DNA of 64,000 bases from Glaucostegus cemiculus (GCA_976551045.1 CDPCPM010000011.1:5642001-5706000); one strand, 5' to 3'; positions 1 to 13,379 are shown, numbered from the stretch's first letter. Notes: generated from the sequence alone by a model not told the origin. A program made the numbers and translations.

Positions 1-439
1 CTCATTGACAAATCTACCTGCTTATTCTCATTTGTTGTTGCTTCCTTCTTCAAAATGTTCAAATTTTCATTTAATTTGGTACGTAACTGCAAGAATGATT
101 GGGAGCCACTCTGTTAGAGACACAAGTTTATAATTTGTGCTAATTTTACAGCACTAACTAGTCTCCACTATATATTTTTTATTCATAATTACACAATATA
201 TCTTTCAGTTGCTCATCTTTCAGTCTAAAGATAAACCAAACGTGACCACAGAGTTTAGTATTAAGTTTAGAAACAGAGCTCAGGGAACAATAGCACATAA
301 CATTGTGGCAGTCCTCGAGTGTAAAATTCCATACCACACATGGGATATGAATGTTGAATTTGACTCAAATCAAAACCATACTGATTTGTGGTGACTGCAT
401 GTGCTGAGTTTGTGAAATGTGGCTGTGATGACTGTACAT

Positions 440-3400
440 TTCTAGGCTAGATGAATTGGGAAGCAAATAACAGCAGAAAATTTAAGCAAATAGTGCAAAC
501 TGGCATTCAAAAAGTTACTGAAGGACAGGAGTGGCAAAGACAAGGCCCGCAACACCGTTTTGTGGATAGGGTTGAGTGATTGGATCTTTTCAATGATGGA
601 GGATTGAGTCAGAGAGTAAAGGTCTAAACAGGATCCTCAAAAAAACTCAACACAGCTCAAGTCAAACCGAATCAAAAGATCCACAGATATGAATTTCAAA
701 ACATAAGGCAGAAATCAGGGGAGCATATTGATGATTTGCTTAGAAGGCTTAGAAATACAGCCCATAACTGCAAAACCAAGGAAACAGATGAAAGGCTAGT
801 GGACCAACAGATATGGGGCTCAGTATTCCCGTGAAAAAAAACTTGATCAGGAGGGAGGATGCCTTTGCAACAAACATAAAACATCCGGCCAGAGCATAGA
901 AAACCACAAGTAGTCAGATGAAGGTTCTAATTACCAGAGAGCCAATCTCCAGATAAGTCCTGGGAAAGGACACAGTTAGTCAACAGAACTGATATGATGT
1001 AAATCAGATTATGTGGCAAACTCAACCATTGAGAGATATGGAAAATGAAAATGAGAACATAGAGGCAGTGCCAAAGAAAGTGTAAATGGATCAATCAAAA
1101 AGGAACAAAATTAGACCATCAGATATTGGAGCTTACATGGAATGACTGAAATGAAATCTGCTACCCAGGTCAGAAAATAGGTGAGAAATGTTTAAACCCA
1201 CAATCTTCAACCTCCAGCTAAAACTCAATAGAGAAATACACTGCAACATTGTACTGCTCAGACTTACTAAAAGGTCTTCTTTGCAAACATGAAAGAAGCA
1301 GAATATCTGAGGGAAAATATCTCGAAATGAAGAAATATCACGATGATGGTATTTAGAAGAGGTACTTAGCCATAGCTTGCAATACCCCAAATTAGAGGGG
1401 TGCACAGAGGATAAGAAATTTTCTGCATGCTCTGTGTTACGGAAGTGGAAGGACCTGCCATTCTGGGCTTGATTGAGAAGCCGTGAGAAAATGCAGCTGA
1501 TCTTAGTTAACTACAAGATGGAGGAAACAACCCATTCTCACCCCATTCCAATCAAGAGCATCTTCCACTGAAATCAAAACAGAGCTGAACTGAATATACC
1601 CAGACAGTTTTGAGGGAACAGATGGATGCTTTGAAGATTTTGAATATCACATCAATGTTGACCCCAAAGTGAAACAAGTGATCCAACCACCACAAAAATT
1701 AACAATTAAGTTGACGAGAAAGTCTGGAAAGGAATGGAGCAGAAGGGAGTTCTAGCCAAAGTCAGTTAACCCACCGTATGGGTGAACTCCATTATGGTGA
1801 ATGAGAACCTTGGTGGGATATGCCTGACTCAAAAGAATTGAATCAGGTGATCAAAAGACACTACTATTCAACCCCAGCTCTGGGAGAAATCATGCCAGAA
1901 TTTGCAGTGGTCAAGCTTTTAGCTATAATGCCTGATCAAGTACTAGAATGTAAAGCTTGATGAAGAATTTTCACCACTTACAACATCCAACATATACCTT
2001 TTGACCAGGATATAGTTCTTCAGAGAGTAAATGAGACTTACAGAGGACACAAGGCAGCATTAGGCAGATGACATTCAGATCTATGGAATGGACAAAGGGG
2101 ACAACTGTCATCTCCATGAGAAAAGAACAAGAAAAGCAGGGCTTAAGCTACACACTGAGAAATGCAACCTAAAGGAGAAAGAATGCCAGTTCTTTGGAAT
2201 GGTAAACACATCACATGGAGTTAAACCAAGCCCAGATAAAGTCAGAGCTAATATTAAAGCACCAAAGCAAAGAAAGAACTGAGAAGCTTTCTAAGGCTAA
2301 TCCAGTATTTGAATCTTTTCATTTCATGTGTAAAAACATACAACAAATCTGGGAGAATTGATGAAAGAAGATGGCAAACACCAATAGTCATAAGACATGA
2401 AACATACTTAGAGTTGGTATGCACCAAGATAAGCCAGCCTTACTGCAGCAAGAAAAAGAAAGCCAATTTCCAGAAGATGCTTCCGTTTAAGGCTTGGGAG
2501 CAAATGCATCTAAAACATTCTTGTTATCACAAACAAGATATGGCAGCATAGAAAGAGAGTTGTTTCTGGATGTAAAAAGTTCCACACTCATCTTTATGGA
2601 GAATGTGATCAGTGACTCCTAGAACACATTTATACGGAAAGCCTATGGAAAGCTCCAGCAAGACAATAATGATTATTCTTGAGGCTTCAGAGTTATGGTT
2701 TTGCTTTGAAATAGAAATTAGGCAAGGAAATAATGCATGCGCTAGCCTTTCCGCAAGCCATAAGAACTGCAAACTCTCTCATCCCTCCATCTTCCTTTGT
2801 TAACACTAGGAGATGCTAGGTGCACAGAAATGCACCAGCACTTTAAATGCCTGACACCAGCCCGTTCACTTTAAGATCTATTTATGTAAGAACTAATGGG
2901 TAATGTTTTGTACTGTGTATTCTGCCAAGTGTGTATGTGTCTCTCTGTTGGTTGTTATGTTATTCTTTTCTATGAGACGTGTTCCTGTGGAGGACGGTAT
3001 CTCGCTCCTATGCGTACCATGTATGTATATGGTTGTGACAATAAAACTGATTCTGATTCTGATTCTGATTCTGATTCTAATCCCATCTGTCGCAACAGGA
3101 GAAGATGAGATGATGGATTCCCAGTGCAAGGATATGCAGCCTATTAAATGTTGCACTGACAAAGTTGATGTCAGAGAAGAGACTGACAAAAGTGAGAACT
3201 TACAGATGCTCTCAGCAAGTGATTCATGGATGGCCCAAGAAAAAGGAAACGAATACAGTTAGCAATAATATGTTGCTGGTTAATTAGAGATGACATCTCA
3301 CCGGATGATGCTTAGTGTTTGGATCTAGAATCACCATAACAAAAAACCCCAAGAAAATGAGAAGGATTCCACCAGGACGTACATGAAGGCAGGGTGAGGA

Positions 3401-4100
3401 GAGAGAAATAAAAGCTAAGAGCCAGATCAGCTATAGATTTGATTAATATCTGCAAAGATCACGTGAAGAGGGTGCCAACATGCTATGTGTTTCAAAAGTA
3501 CAAAAATACATCACCAAAAGAAGAGATGGGGCCAAATGATATACCACCCACGGTCATATACTGCAATAGCATATCATGGGGACAAATTTCTGCTCACTCA
3601 ACCAGGAATGTGGGTCTTATACTTCAAGTTCCCATTCACGAAAAGGATGACAGATTTGAGAGTTACAATAAGTCAAATCTTGTTCACTGAACAAAGGGTT
3701 CCTGACAAACTTTTGCGTGACAATGAAACAAAATCCACCTCCAGAGATAATGGAGTGTTTGTAGACTGATGGTGACCTCATCTCCACATTGCTCAAGAGA
3801 ACACCATTATATGGAAACGTTCCAACAGTCAAAAGACTCCTATCAAACACAGAAGCAAAATGGAATACAAACTTTGCCTTATTGTCACTCCAAGCTATCA
3901 TGAGATCACCGGCCGAGCCTCTGAATAGCAGAAACTGCAACAGTATTTTGCCAACCAAGACATATCCTTCACAAGACGAGGATGAAGTAAGGCCATCATC
4001 CAGGATCTCTATTGTTACAGACACAAGTATGCTATTAGTACTTATTGCACCACATCATTCACAAGCACACTCTATTCTGTGTAGAAATCACACGCTGTAT
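440..4100 (+). mobile_element. Degenerate Ty3/Gypsy LTR retrotransposon internal region (gag-PR-RT-RNaseH-IN), many stops and frameshifts
   Basis: Manual translation: gag FQNIRQKSGEHIDDLLRRLRNTAHNCK (~695-775); protease end GPAILGL (~1450); RT EYHINVDPKVKQVIQPP, MEQKGVLAKVS*PTVWVNS, NQVIKRHYYSTPALGEI, ADDIQIYG, KAGLKLHTEKC..FFG..GVKPSPDKVRA (ORF 2088-2282); integrase-like ILFTEQRVPDKLLRDN (ORF 3485-3769). Domain order is Gypsy-type. LTRs not identified. Confidence 0.88.
2748..3078 (+). mobile_element. 5'-truncated Rex1/Babar-type LINE 3' end inserted in the Gypsy pol region
   Basis: Begins FPQAIRTANS (Rex1 C-terminal SFFPxAIRxLN motif), then a 3' UTR ending GTGACAATAAAA and a (CTGATT)n tail at 3047-3078. 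Gypsy coding similarity (GKEIMHALA) stops just before it. Confidence 0.75.
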
Positions 4101-4584
4101 CTTTTAGCAGCAAATTGCATGTATATGAAATTAAACAACAGGTAGCCACAGATCTGAGCCTAATATTGTAATTTAGAAACAAATTTATGAGAACAACAAT
4201 TCCTTTTGAAAGTTATTATGGATTTTATGCAAATCCACTGAAAAATTATGGCACTTAGAAACTCATCTTTGTTTGCCACTCTTTAGATACCCCTCCCCTC
4301 CCAACTGTTGGCCCAGTGCTAGATTTTTGACTTTAGTAATACAAAATATAAATTTGCTCATGAAAATGGAATAAAAGTGAGTGAGCTGTGACACAGCAGT
4401 AAAATTGCTCCCTTGTGATTCTGAACTGACCAAATTCCACATGAGAACTGCAGGTAGTTAATATTTTGTTTACCCAGCTGCCAGGAGAGCAGTGGTAACA
4501 AATCCTTGAAGTAATGACTGATTGGCCTGTAAAATAAAGTAGACTGACTGAGAGGCATTGTAGGTCTACCACATATCTCAAAAG

Positions 4585-5845
4585 ATCTGTCTCTCTGGAG
4601 ACAGATTATCTACCAACATCTTTTACAAACCCACTGACTCCCACAGTTATCTTGACTACACCTCTTCCCACCCTGTCACTTGCAAGGATGCTATTCCTTT
4701 CTCTCAGTTCCTCTGACTCTGCCGCATCTGTTCTCATGATGAGGCTTTCCATTCCAGGACATCCAAGATGTCCTCTTGTTTCAGAAAATAGGGTTTCCCC
4801 TCCACTGCTATCAATGCAACCCTCACCTGCATCTCCTCCATTTCCCACATGTTTCCCTCACCCCTTCCCCTCCCTCGACATAACAGGGATGGGGTCCCTC
4901 TTGTCCTCACCTACCACCCCATCAGCCTCCACATTCTCCACAACTTCTGCCATCTCCAGTGGGTTTCCACCATCAGGCACATCTTCACCTCCCCTCCCCT
5001 CTCCGCTTTCCGCAGGGATTGCTTTCTCCTCAATTTCTTTGTCTGCTCGTCCCTCCCTACCGACCCCCCCTCCAGGCACTTATCCCTGCAACCGTGCAAA
5101 GTTTTACACCTGCCCCTACAGCTCCTCCCTCATCGTCATTCAGGGCTTCAGAACGTCCTTCCAGGTGAGGCAGCACTTCACATGTGAATCTATCAGTGTC
5201 ATTTATTGCATCCGGTGCAGCATCCTCGCATCAGTGAGACCTGACTCCGTCCACTGTAACAGCCAGGATCTCTCAGTGGCCAGCCATTTTACTTCCACTT
5301 CTCATTCCCACACTGACATGTCTGTCCACGGCCTCCTCTACTGCCAAGTTGAGGCTAGACACAGATTAGAGGAACAACACCTCATATTCTGTCCTGGTAG
5401 TCTGCAGCCTGACGGCATCAACATCGATTTCTCTAACTTCTGGTAACCATACCCCTCTGTCCTCCTCCCCCCATCTTTGTTTTTCCTTATCCCGCTGTCT
5501 CCTTTACCCTTTCTCTTCCCCCTCCCTCTGCTTCCCCACCTCCTTCCCTTTATTCGTTGGTCCACTGTCCCCTCTTATCACATTCCCTCTCCTACAGCGC
5601 TTTGGCTCTTCCACCTATCACCTCTCAGCTTCTCACATCATTCCCATTCCCCCCCTCACCTGGATTTACCTCTCATCTGCCTGCTCGTGCTCCTCCCCCT
5701 CCCCCCACCGTTTTATTTTGGCTCCTGCCCTCTTTCTTTCCAGTCCTGATGAAGGGTCTCAGTCCAAAACATCAACTGTTCATTTCCTCCACAGATGTTG
5801 CCTGACCCACTGAGGTCCTCCAGCCTTTTTTGTGTGTTGCGCAAG
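4585..5845 (+). mobile_element. Penelope-like element, 5'-truncated (RT thumb, linker, GIY-YIG endonuclease remnant, 3' pseudo-LTR)
   Basis: STNIFYKPTDSHSYLDYTSSHPVTCKDAIPFSQFL*LCRICS; VPLVLTYHP; PGTYPCNRAKFYTCP..QVRQHFTCESISVIYCIRC..VASHF..RLEEQHLIF..LQPDGINIDFSNF* (ends 5446). Followed by a pyrimidine-rich UTR and a hammerhead-like motif. Confidence 0.92.
5741..5778 (+). ncRNA. Decayed minimal type-I hammerhead ribozyme motif in Penelope pseudo-LTR
   Basis: CAGTC-CTGATGA-AGGGTCTCAGTCC-AAAAC-ATC-AACTG. CUGAUGA core intact; GAAAC mutated to AAAAC. PLEs are known to carry minimal HHRs at this position. Confidence 0.7.
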
Positions 5846-6089
5846 AAAAGAATTGTTCACTTTGTAACTTTCTGGCAGACAACTATAATATAGTCAAGGT
5901 TGAGTGCAGTAAAATATAACAAAAGGGTGAACTGAGGGTCAAATACATCAATAATCTCAAAGGAAGGTCCATAAAGGTTTCACAGCATATAGAGATCACA
6001 AAATAATTGTGTGAAATATCAACAAAACATAGATTATACCAGTGAAGGGCCTGTGTATGTGTTAACAATGTTCTGGTCTCCTTACCCAA

Positions 6090-6710
6090 GGTAGAATATG
6101 CTTCACTGTCCAATGGAAATCCACTAAATTGATTCCTGGAAGAAGAGGTATGCCCTAATGAAGAAATGCTGAGTGGAATGAGCCTTATGCTCTCTGAGAT
6201 TAAGAATGAGAATTGACCATAAAATTCTAAAAGGGATTGACAGGGCAGATGCTGAGAGGTTGTATTCCTGTTACTTATGATATAAAACATGTCAATCATT
6301 CCCATGCTACAGCAAGTGTACAGTGATCGATTTCTTAGAGCTAGTTAGAAGCAGGGGCAGGCATAGGGACTGGGGGGAAGATGCCTGCAGGACTACTAAC
6401 ACCCCCCTACCCACTCAATAATGATCGATTGCACATGCATGTGTATGTATATAATATACAAGTGTTTAGCTCGTCCTTCCTTACAGTTGAGAACCAGGGG
6501 CATAGCCTCGGTCAAGGACTTGACTGAGGAGAAATTTCTTTACTCACAGAGCCATGAAGTTTTGAAATTATTCACTCCAGGATCTGTGCATGCTCGGTTA
6601 ATGAGTTCAGCAGAAACTAAAGTCAGTAGATTTTTGGATGCTGAGGAAACTGTGAAGATAGCAGTGGTATAATGGAGCTGAAGTAGATCAGATTTAAGGT
6701 TCAAGGGGAC
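6090..6710 (+). mobile_element. Old CR1 LINE 3' fragment interrupted at ~6269-6485
   Basis: Degenerate match to the CR1 ORF2 end (TKLIPG..EE.L...HKILKGIDRADAERL), resuming after the insert with RTRGHSL..RRNFFT. Confidence 0.75.
6269..6485. mobile_element. ~217-bp insertion with TG...CA ends, possible solo LTR
   Basis: Interrupts CR1 collinearity; starts TGTTA and ends TTACA (imperfect terminal inverted repeat). No TSD seen. Confidence 0.4.
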
Positions 6711-9544
6711 AAAGCATTTGGAAGGGTCTGCTAAACATACACATATCATACACAAACACACACATTTATGTGACTAATGATTACTGAGGGGGTCTTTTAG
6801 CCCTGCTGGTTCTTCCAACCGTTGTTTCTAACTGACTGTAAGAAATAGATTGTTACATCAAAGTTACCCTAGTAAGGGGATGATGGACATATTTATACAT
6901 CATAAATAACAGTTTTGATTCTACAGGAAAATGAAGGATATGAGCCCCCAAAGACCTAATAAAAAATTCTCAGAATCTTCAGTCATAAAAATAAATTTGA
7001 TATTTAGTCATGACTGTGAAGGACCACAGTCCTTTTCTATATTACAGGCAAGATCACTAGTTTTCCATTTTTATAGAAAAATCGATAGGAAAACACAATA
7101 TAATTCTTAAAACCAGTACAAATTCTCAAATACAAAGTAATAAAAAAAATGGAACTTGACTTGTTCAGTTACTGTAAACCACTTGCCATGATTATGAAGT
7201 TAAAGGGTTAGTTCGCACTGCAGCCAAGAAGTTAATTAACTTCATTGTGCCAAAGCACAGTTGTGTATTATGGGAGTGTTGAACACATATGCATTATAAA
7301 TGTAAAGGGCTACTACTTCCTACTGACATGGAGAAACACCAGGATTTCAGGCTGCCAATGCAGCGTGGCTTAATTCATATGGCTCCCATTGTTGAAGATG
7401 AAGTGGCACATAATCAAAGCGCAAAGACTGTGGACCTTTTGGGAGAAACTGCAAACTGCACGCAGGATCAGTGTTGCTCAGTAAACTGGTAGGGAGGCCT
7501 TTAAACCCTTTGGACTTGTTATGATTGGAAAGAGAAAGTACCACGTCCTATATTAATCAACTATTCTATAGTTTGTTTCAAATGCTATATCAACGCGTTC
7601 AAAGTTCAAATGACAATACAAAACAAGTAGACTTGTATAATATCCTTCTAACCCCTTCAAAGAGCAAAGAAGCAAAGGTCCACATTGTGATGCAGAGGAA
7701 GTAGGAGTGAGTGAGTACCTGGCACCAAATACCAAGGACTCCAGGGCAAAGTGTAAGGGAGCTGGAGAGGGTAAACAATTGCAGGCAGAGACACGTCCTT
7801 ATCTCATCATCAAAATATCCCTAATTGCTTCTCATGAATTGCTATGGAGAAATATGCAGGTCCCTTTCATTGCTCAGAAAGCTTACGGAGCCTTGTGATC
7901 TCTGCCAATAGAGGACATGGTGATTATCATTCAAGTGTCATCAAGGTGTGAAAACTGCACTCCAAGCATAGGACACTTGTGCAATGACATTAGGTGAGAT
8001 CATAGATAGGTATGCTGGCTTTGTGGTCTTTGCAGCTGGCCAGTTCGGCAAAGCTGCCATTTAGCAAAACCATTTCCTCAACAAAAGGTGCCCTTGTGAA
8101 TAATGAACCCAGGCACAAACTTGCAGATGAAACACCAAACAATTAAAGTCTGAGTAAATAGAAATAATTATATCTGGGAGATAGTATAAACAATCCCAAT
8201 TTCTGTGAATTCTGAAGTCAGTCTTTTATTTCACAGAATTGAATGTATCAATTGTTCTGTGGTAAATTGAACTGAACATATCCATTTCTCTGCAAATGTA
8301 TTTAACTTGACTGACACGTGGATTGCCTCTTATGGCCCGAATCTCCCTCTCCTCTTGCTCCCACTCCACTGTGTGATAGAGGATAATTGCATCCATTCCA
8401 TGGGGAAGAAAATTTTTCTTTTACTCACTTCTGTCACTGCCATGCTGTAATTTCCAAGTGCCTTGGCCTCGGTGACTTGTCAACATTCACAGCTCTGCAA
8501 TTCCCAAGTATGTTATGATTCTTAAAGCCAAGTTAAAACACAGGTATACGGTCAAATTTCCCATGTGACTCGCAAGCTTTAAAAACACAATTATAGGCCC
8601 TGTGATGAATTGGATGAGTTGTTGGCACTGCCTTGGTTTCAAAAATCAGAACTTCAGTAGTGATAGGTAGGAAACAAAGATTCTAAATCAATTAATCCAA
8701 TCATGTGTAGGCTGGACATCCATTCATCAAGGGTTGACCTGCTCAGCACTATTTCGCTGTAAACATACTAATCTGGGCTTATTTTCATGATAAGTTAAAG
8801 AAAACAATCAAATGGCACTGTCAAACCTCCTTTAAGTGGTGTATTCTCATAAAGCTAATGACCACTCTGAATGGGGACTTGGGACACATTTCAGCTCCTT
8901 CACCTGTTGTGCACAATTCAATTTGATCTTCTTACAATAGGTTCCTAAACTATCTTTTCACCAAACCTTATAATGACTGTCGCTCAGGGTTAAGTATGAC
9001 CACCAGTGATATTGGAAATCACTTTCAAAATGTAGGATTCAAGAGGTGTGCCAGGTACCATATACATCAAGATGATGGGAGGAATGCAGAGCTTTGAACT
9101 GATCTGTTGGTAGTAGGATTATTCAACTCCGTCCATTGCAAACTGTTTAGTCCTACGTTATAATTTCACTGAGTGTTTAGGTAGGACTGTTGCTGGCATG
9201 CCCTTCGATATTCCTCATAATCTCCTGGCTTTATTGCAACAGTAAAGTGAATGATATGCCAAACAATGAGGTTACAGATTGTAAGAGTGAACATTGCAGC
9301 TGCAGCTGATGGTCCACAGAGCATCAAGGACACCAGATCTGCTCCATGTCTGTCCCTTTAGCATGATGCTTGTGTAACACAGTGGAAGCTGTCCTTGGTA
9401 TGAAGATGGCATTTTGTTTCCAAAGGAACTGTATGGTGGTTACTTCTCCCAACAGATCCAGGTGCAACAGGTCGATCAGAGAGAATGTGATCAAGTGATT
9501 TATTCTTTTTATTAGTGTGCACGCTACCTGCCACAAACTCATTC

Positions 9545-9890
9545 AGGTAGCTATGCCTTTGAGGACTCACCAGTTTTACTGAGCCACTCTTGGTGATGGA
9601 CATCGATGTCCCTCACCAGAGTATACATTGTGGGGGAGTCTGGCACCTTTTCCATAAGGTTTGATTCTGTGAGTTTGAATATGTTAGGCTGATGCCTGAC
9701 TCGACTGTGAAACAGCTTTCCAAATTTTGACACCAGTGCCAGATGATAGTGAGGAGGACCTTGCAAAGCTGACTGGGCTGGAGGCAACTTTGCCATGTAT
9801 GAATCGAGTGCCTAGGTCGATGCCAAATGATCCATCTGGTTTCATTCTTATTGTGAACACGTTTTCTGTTGAGTTTCTATACCACTGAGA
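9545..9890 (-). mobile_element. LINE (L2/CR1 group) ORF2 N-terminal AP-endonuclease fragment, internally deleted
   Basis: Minus ORF 9551-9796: QPNIFKLTESNL resembles PDIVILTESYL, and VRDIDVHHQEWL resembles GDFNVHHQEWL. Confidence 0.7.
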
Positions 9891-11529
9891 ATTCCCTTTG
9901 CAAAATGCAATCCTTGTTCTTTTTACTTCTCATGGTTATTAAAAAAAATAAAAATACTGCTAGATTCCTTAGCAATTGAATATACATAACTCAACATGAA
10001 AATAAATCATTCAAATAATTTAGATAATCTTAAAGTTGAATGAGTCCAATGTCAGGATATTGAGATCTACTACAATACAGTCAACTTGTTAGTGCTCCTG
10101 GGAAATAATGCAAAAATTCCATATGCCCACATGCCTGAATATATACTAACAAAACACTTATATGCCCACACATTGTGAAAAAATGATCAAATTCCTATTT
10201 TTTGTACCTTACAAATTAGTGATATAATTATCCTGATCCCTACAACTGGTTGACTACAATTTATTCATTTTAGTCAGAATGAGTGTCTTTGAAAGTGCAG
10301 TCAGATAGATGGAGTACAATACATCAACCTTTCTTTAAAAAAAGCAATTAAGGACAAATAATAAATCAAAATATAAAACAAATTTAGTAAAGGCCAAGTG
10401 ATACAGCTGAAATGTTTGCATAATTATGAATAAGAGACAGATACATTAAAATGACATTTTAGCCTTTCCATTGAGACCTGAAAGGACTCAGTGATACCAT
10501 GGCTTTTTGCCCGTCTGAATTTGTAATGACTGGCACTGATAACACTAGGAGGCTGAAATTTGGCAATGTGATAGAATTTTGCTAAAATGAATATGTTGTT
10601 ACCTTCCAGGCTGCTCTGGGACAGCTGACACATTATGCAGCAGCTGATGATGTCCCATGGTTTGAACCATCTGAGATACCAAGGGTCTCTCATTGCTGCA
10701 ACATATATTACCTATCAACAAGTAGAGCCCTGTGAAAGACAAGGGCAAGTGGCATCTCACCCATGGGTTGCTGCTAGCTAGGGATAACCTTCGAAAAGAG
10801 ATAGCAGACAAATCAGACTGGAGCAAAATGTAAATAAACTGAGACACATCTGTTTACTGCACCACAAAAGCTCAAAATGTACAAAAAAATCTGCTTCTTA
10901 TAAGCAGTTTGCTGCCTATTGGCAGAGCCAAACATATTTCCTGCATCCAGAATATCTGAGAAATGTAAAGGCCTCATTATTGTTTTAGGCCAGTTCAGCT
11001 GATTTTAAATTACCTATTGCTTCCTTTACTGAAATTTTTCTACAAAAATTAATGATGTCCTGGTCACTGTTTGCTCAGTGGTTGAGTGTACCATTCATAA
11101 CAGTGTGATTAATCTTATAGACAGAGATGTGAAAAAGACATGTTATGGATATGGATACAATAGAACCCCAGGGGTTAATGTATCACCATTAATCTCTTCG
11201 TACAAAACTGTTTTAACCTCAGTACTAATGTGCAGTAAATATAGAAATCCATGAAAGGAATCAATGTGACCAAGACTATGAAGCAACAGTCTCACATTAT
11301 TTTAGAAATATTCTGTAGGTTATCTTTGTTTGCACAAATTCTATTCACAAATCTCCCTTAAGAAAAATAAATGGCAGTATTGAATGTTGAATAAATGAAC
11401 CTTATTTTATTTCCAATTTTTAAAAAAGTTTATTCTGCATGCTTCATATATTTTCAAATCCTTTCATTTCATACCCCTCATTGTTTCTGTAACCACCTTC
11501 AGACCCATACTCCTCTTGCCGAGCCACAA

Positions 11530-11725
11530 GGAACTCTGTTCACTTGCTACTGTGCCTTTGGCTGCCAAGACTGTACACTCTGGAATTCCCTTCAAATGCC
11601 TCAGAGCCTCTTTCCTCCTTGAAGATACATACAGTTTTGACCAAGTTTTTTATTAGCTGTCCTTATATCACCCAAATGGCTCTGTGTCAAATGCTCCTGT
11701 GAAGCATTTGGGTAGGTTTCACTGA
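11530..11725 (+). mobile_element. L2 LINE 3' end
   Basis: GTGCCTTTGGCTGCC..CTCTGGAATTCCCTTC..TTTGACCAAGTTTT..GCTCCTGTGAAGCATTTGGG is the typical L2 ORF2 end (AF..LWNSL) plus 3' UTR. Confidence 0.65.
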
Positions 11726-11889
11726 GGAAGCAGGAAGTTTCACTGCGGAAGGATAGCGTATTAATACAACTTTTGTGTTGTTGCTGACAGTTGGACTTGT
11801 TACTTCACGTATTGCTGAATACATTCATGTTTGTTGCCTTTCTTTGGAAATTAAAATAATATTGCGAAACCAAACCTGGTTCATGAAAG

Positions 11890-12090
11890 ACAAGAGACTG
11901 GGATACTGGAATATGGAGCAAAATATGAGCTGCTGCAGGAACTCAATGGGTGAAGCAACATCAGTGGAAGGAAATGGGTGGTTAGCATTTCGGGTTGAGA
12001 CCCTTCATCTAGACTGGAAAGAAATAGTGGAGAACATGTGAGGTGTCTGGATGTAGATGGGAAGGGGCCGGATAAGGGGGGCAAGAAAGA
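11890..12090 (-). mobile_element. Penelope pseudo-LTR fragment with variant hammerhead motif
   Basis: Reverse complement of 11979-12017 is CCAGTCTAGATGAAGGGTCTCAACCCGAAATGCTAACCA; flanks match the 3' end of the 4585-5845 element. Confidence 0.8.
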
Positions 12091-12289
12091 GTTGAGGTAC
12101 GAGGGGATAAGTTGAGAAGGGCAAGAGCACTTGATTCATGAGAGACTGCAGGTGCAAGCAGGGTAAAGGAAACAATCTACTGCTGGCTCTAAATTCTCAT
12201 TTACAAGAAACCCAGATACTGAAGATATCTGCTGTATGTCCCCAGGAAGCTGGTAAGGAAAATAGATAATCCCTGATATCAGTGGTACT

Positions 12290-12495
12290 GTCATGGAAAG
12301 TCATAGAGAGACAGCATGGAAACAAGCCCTTCCGCCCTATCCCAAAGATCAACCACCCGTTTATACTAATCTTTGTTAATCCAATTTTTTTATTCGCCCC
12401 ACATTCTCAACAACTCCCCCAGAATCTAGCACTCACTGACATAGAAGGTGCAATTTATAGTGGCAACCATGCCAACCATAATACCCAAACATCAG
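12290..12495 (-). mobile_element. HE1-like V-SINE 3' part with CR1-like tail
   Basis: GTCATAGAGAGACAGCATGGAAACAAGCCCTTC..CAATTTATAGTGGCAA resembles the tail and body of the copy at 26812-27159. Confidence 0.6.
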
Positions 12496-13379
12496 TCTAT
12501 GGTTGATCAGCAACTCTGTGACTAAAAGTACAATAATTGTATCAGCACATAATTTTCAGCAAAACAGGAGCTGATCAACCGGGGAACGGTGAATGAATAT
12601 CTAGTCTACTAATCATACACCTCCTTGCTACTCTGGGTAAGTAAGTCTTGGAAGAGGTGACAATTAGTGTGGTGGGAAGGGAGCAGATGTGGTTGGGGTT
12701 GGCAATGGTCTTCAGTGCTTGAGCTTGGAGAAACATTACCATCTGCACAATGATGGATTTCCTTTTTATTTTAAACATACCTTTTCAGAAGTAACCCTGG
12801 AGCCCCACTGCATTTAGTGCCACTCAAACTTGCATTTGGGTTCCTAAATAGACATTAGGTCCCTTATTTCAACATGCAAAGGTTTTCAAATCCATCTCAG
12901 GCATGAACCTGACCACATCTTTCACTCCCTTTTTTGATTTTACCAGCAGATGGTAACCTTCAATGAAAAAGAGTACATTTTCATTATGCTTGAAAGGCGA
13001 AAGGATGCGCCAGCAAAATTAAAAAGGCAGATCTAAGTTGAACTGGATAATATCGTACTTTACATACTTTCATTTCCCCACGATATGATTGCTTGTGCCT
13101 CATCTGGTGCTCTGTGCCTTCTATTATTCAACTACATTACAAGCTCTATTAAAAATTTTGAACTCACCAGTTCCAAAGTCACCAACCAAACAAAATGGTT
13201 TAAGATTTTTCACATATCATTTTCATTGCAAAGTTGTTTCGAGTGTGATTAGGAATATGTTCCCAATCACTCCTCTTCTTACATTACACTGATAGAAAGA
13301 ATGTGCATGTACCTGATCAAATTCTTTAGCTGTGGAAAAGCACTTCAAAACCAAGTATAATTGATAGCTAACTCCAAGA

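Noticed and set aside
2896-3262. ORFs with DSDSDS / ILILIL / RIRIRI runs
   Set aside because: These are translations of the (CTGATT)n LINE tail.
1-4540. Paired LTRs and PBS for the first Gypsy element
   Set aside because: No convincing direct repeat between 1-400 and 4100-4540; TAACA-TTGTGGCAGTC at ~298-313 is only suggestive.
4652-5446. Longest ORF (264 aa) as a host gene
   Set aside because: Frameshifted Penelope sequence; only the C-terminal half is in the true GIY-YIG frame and the catalytic YIG segment is deleted.
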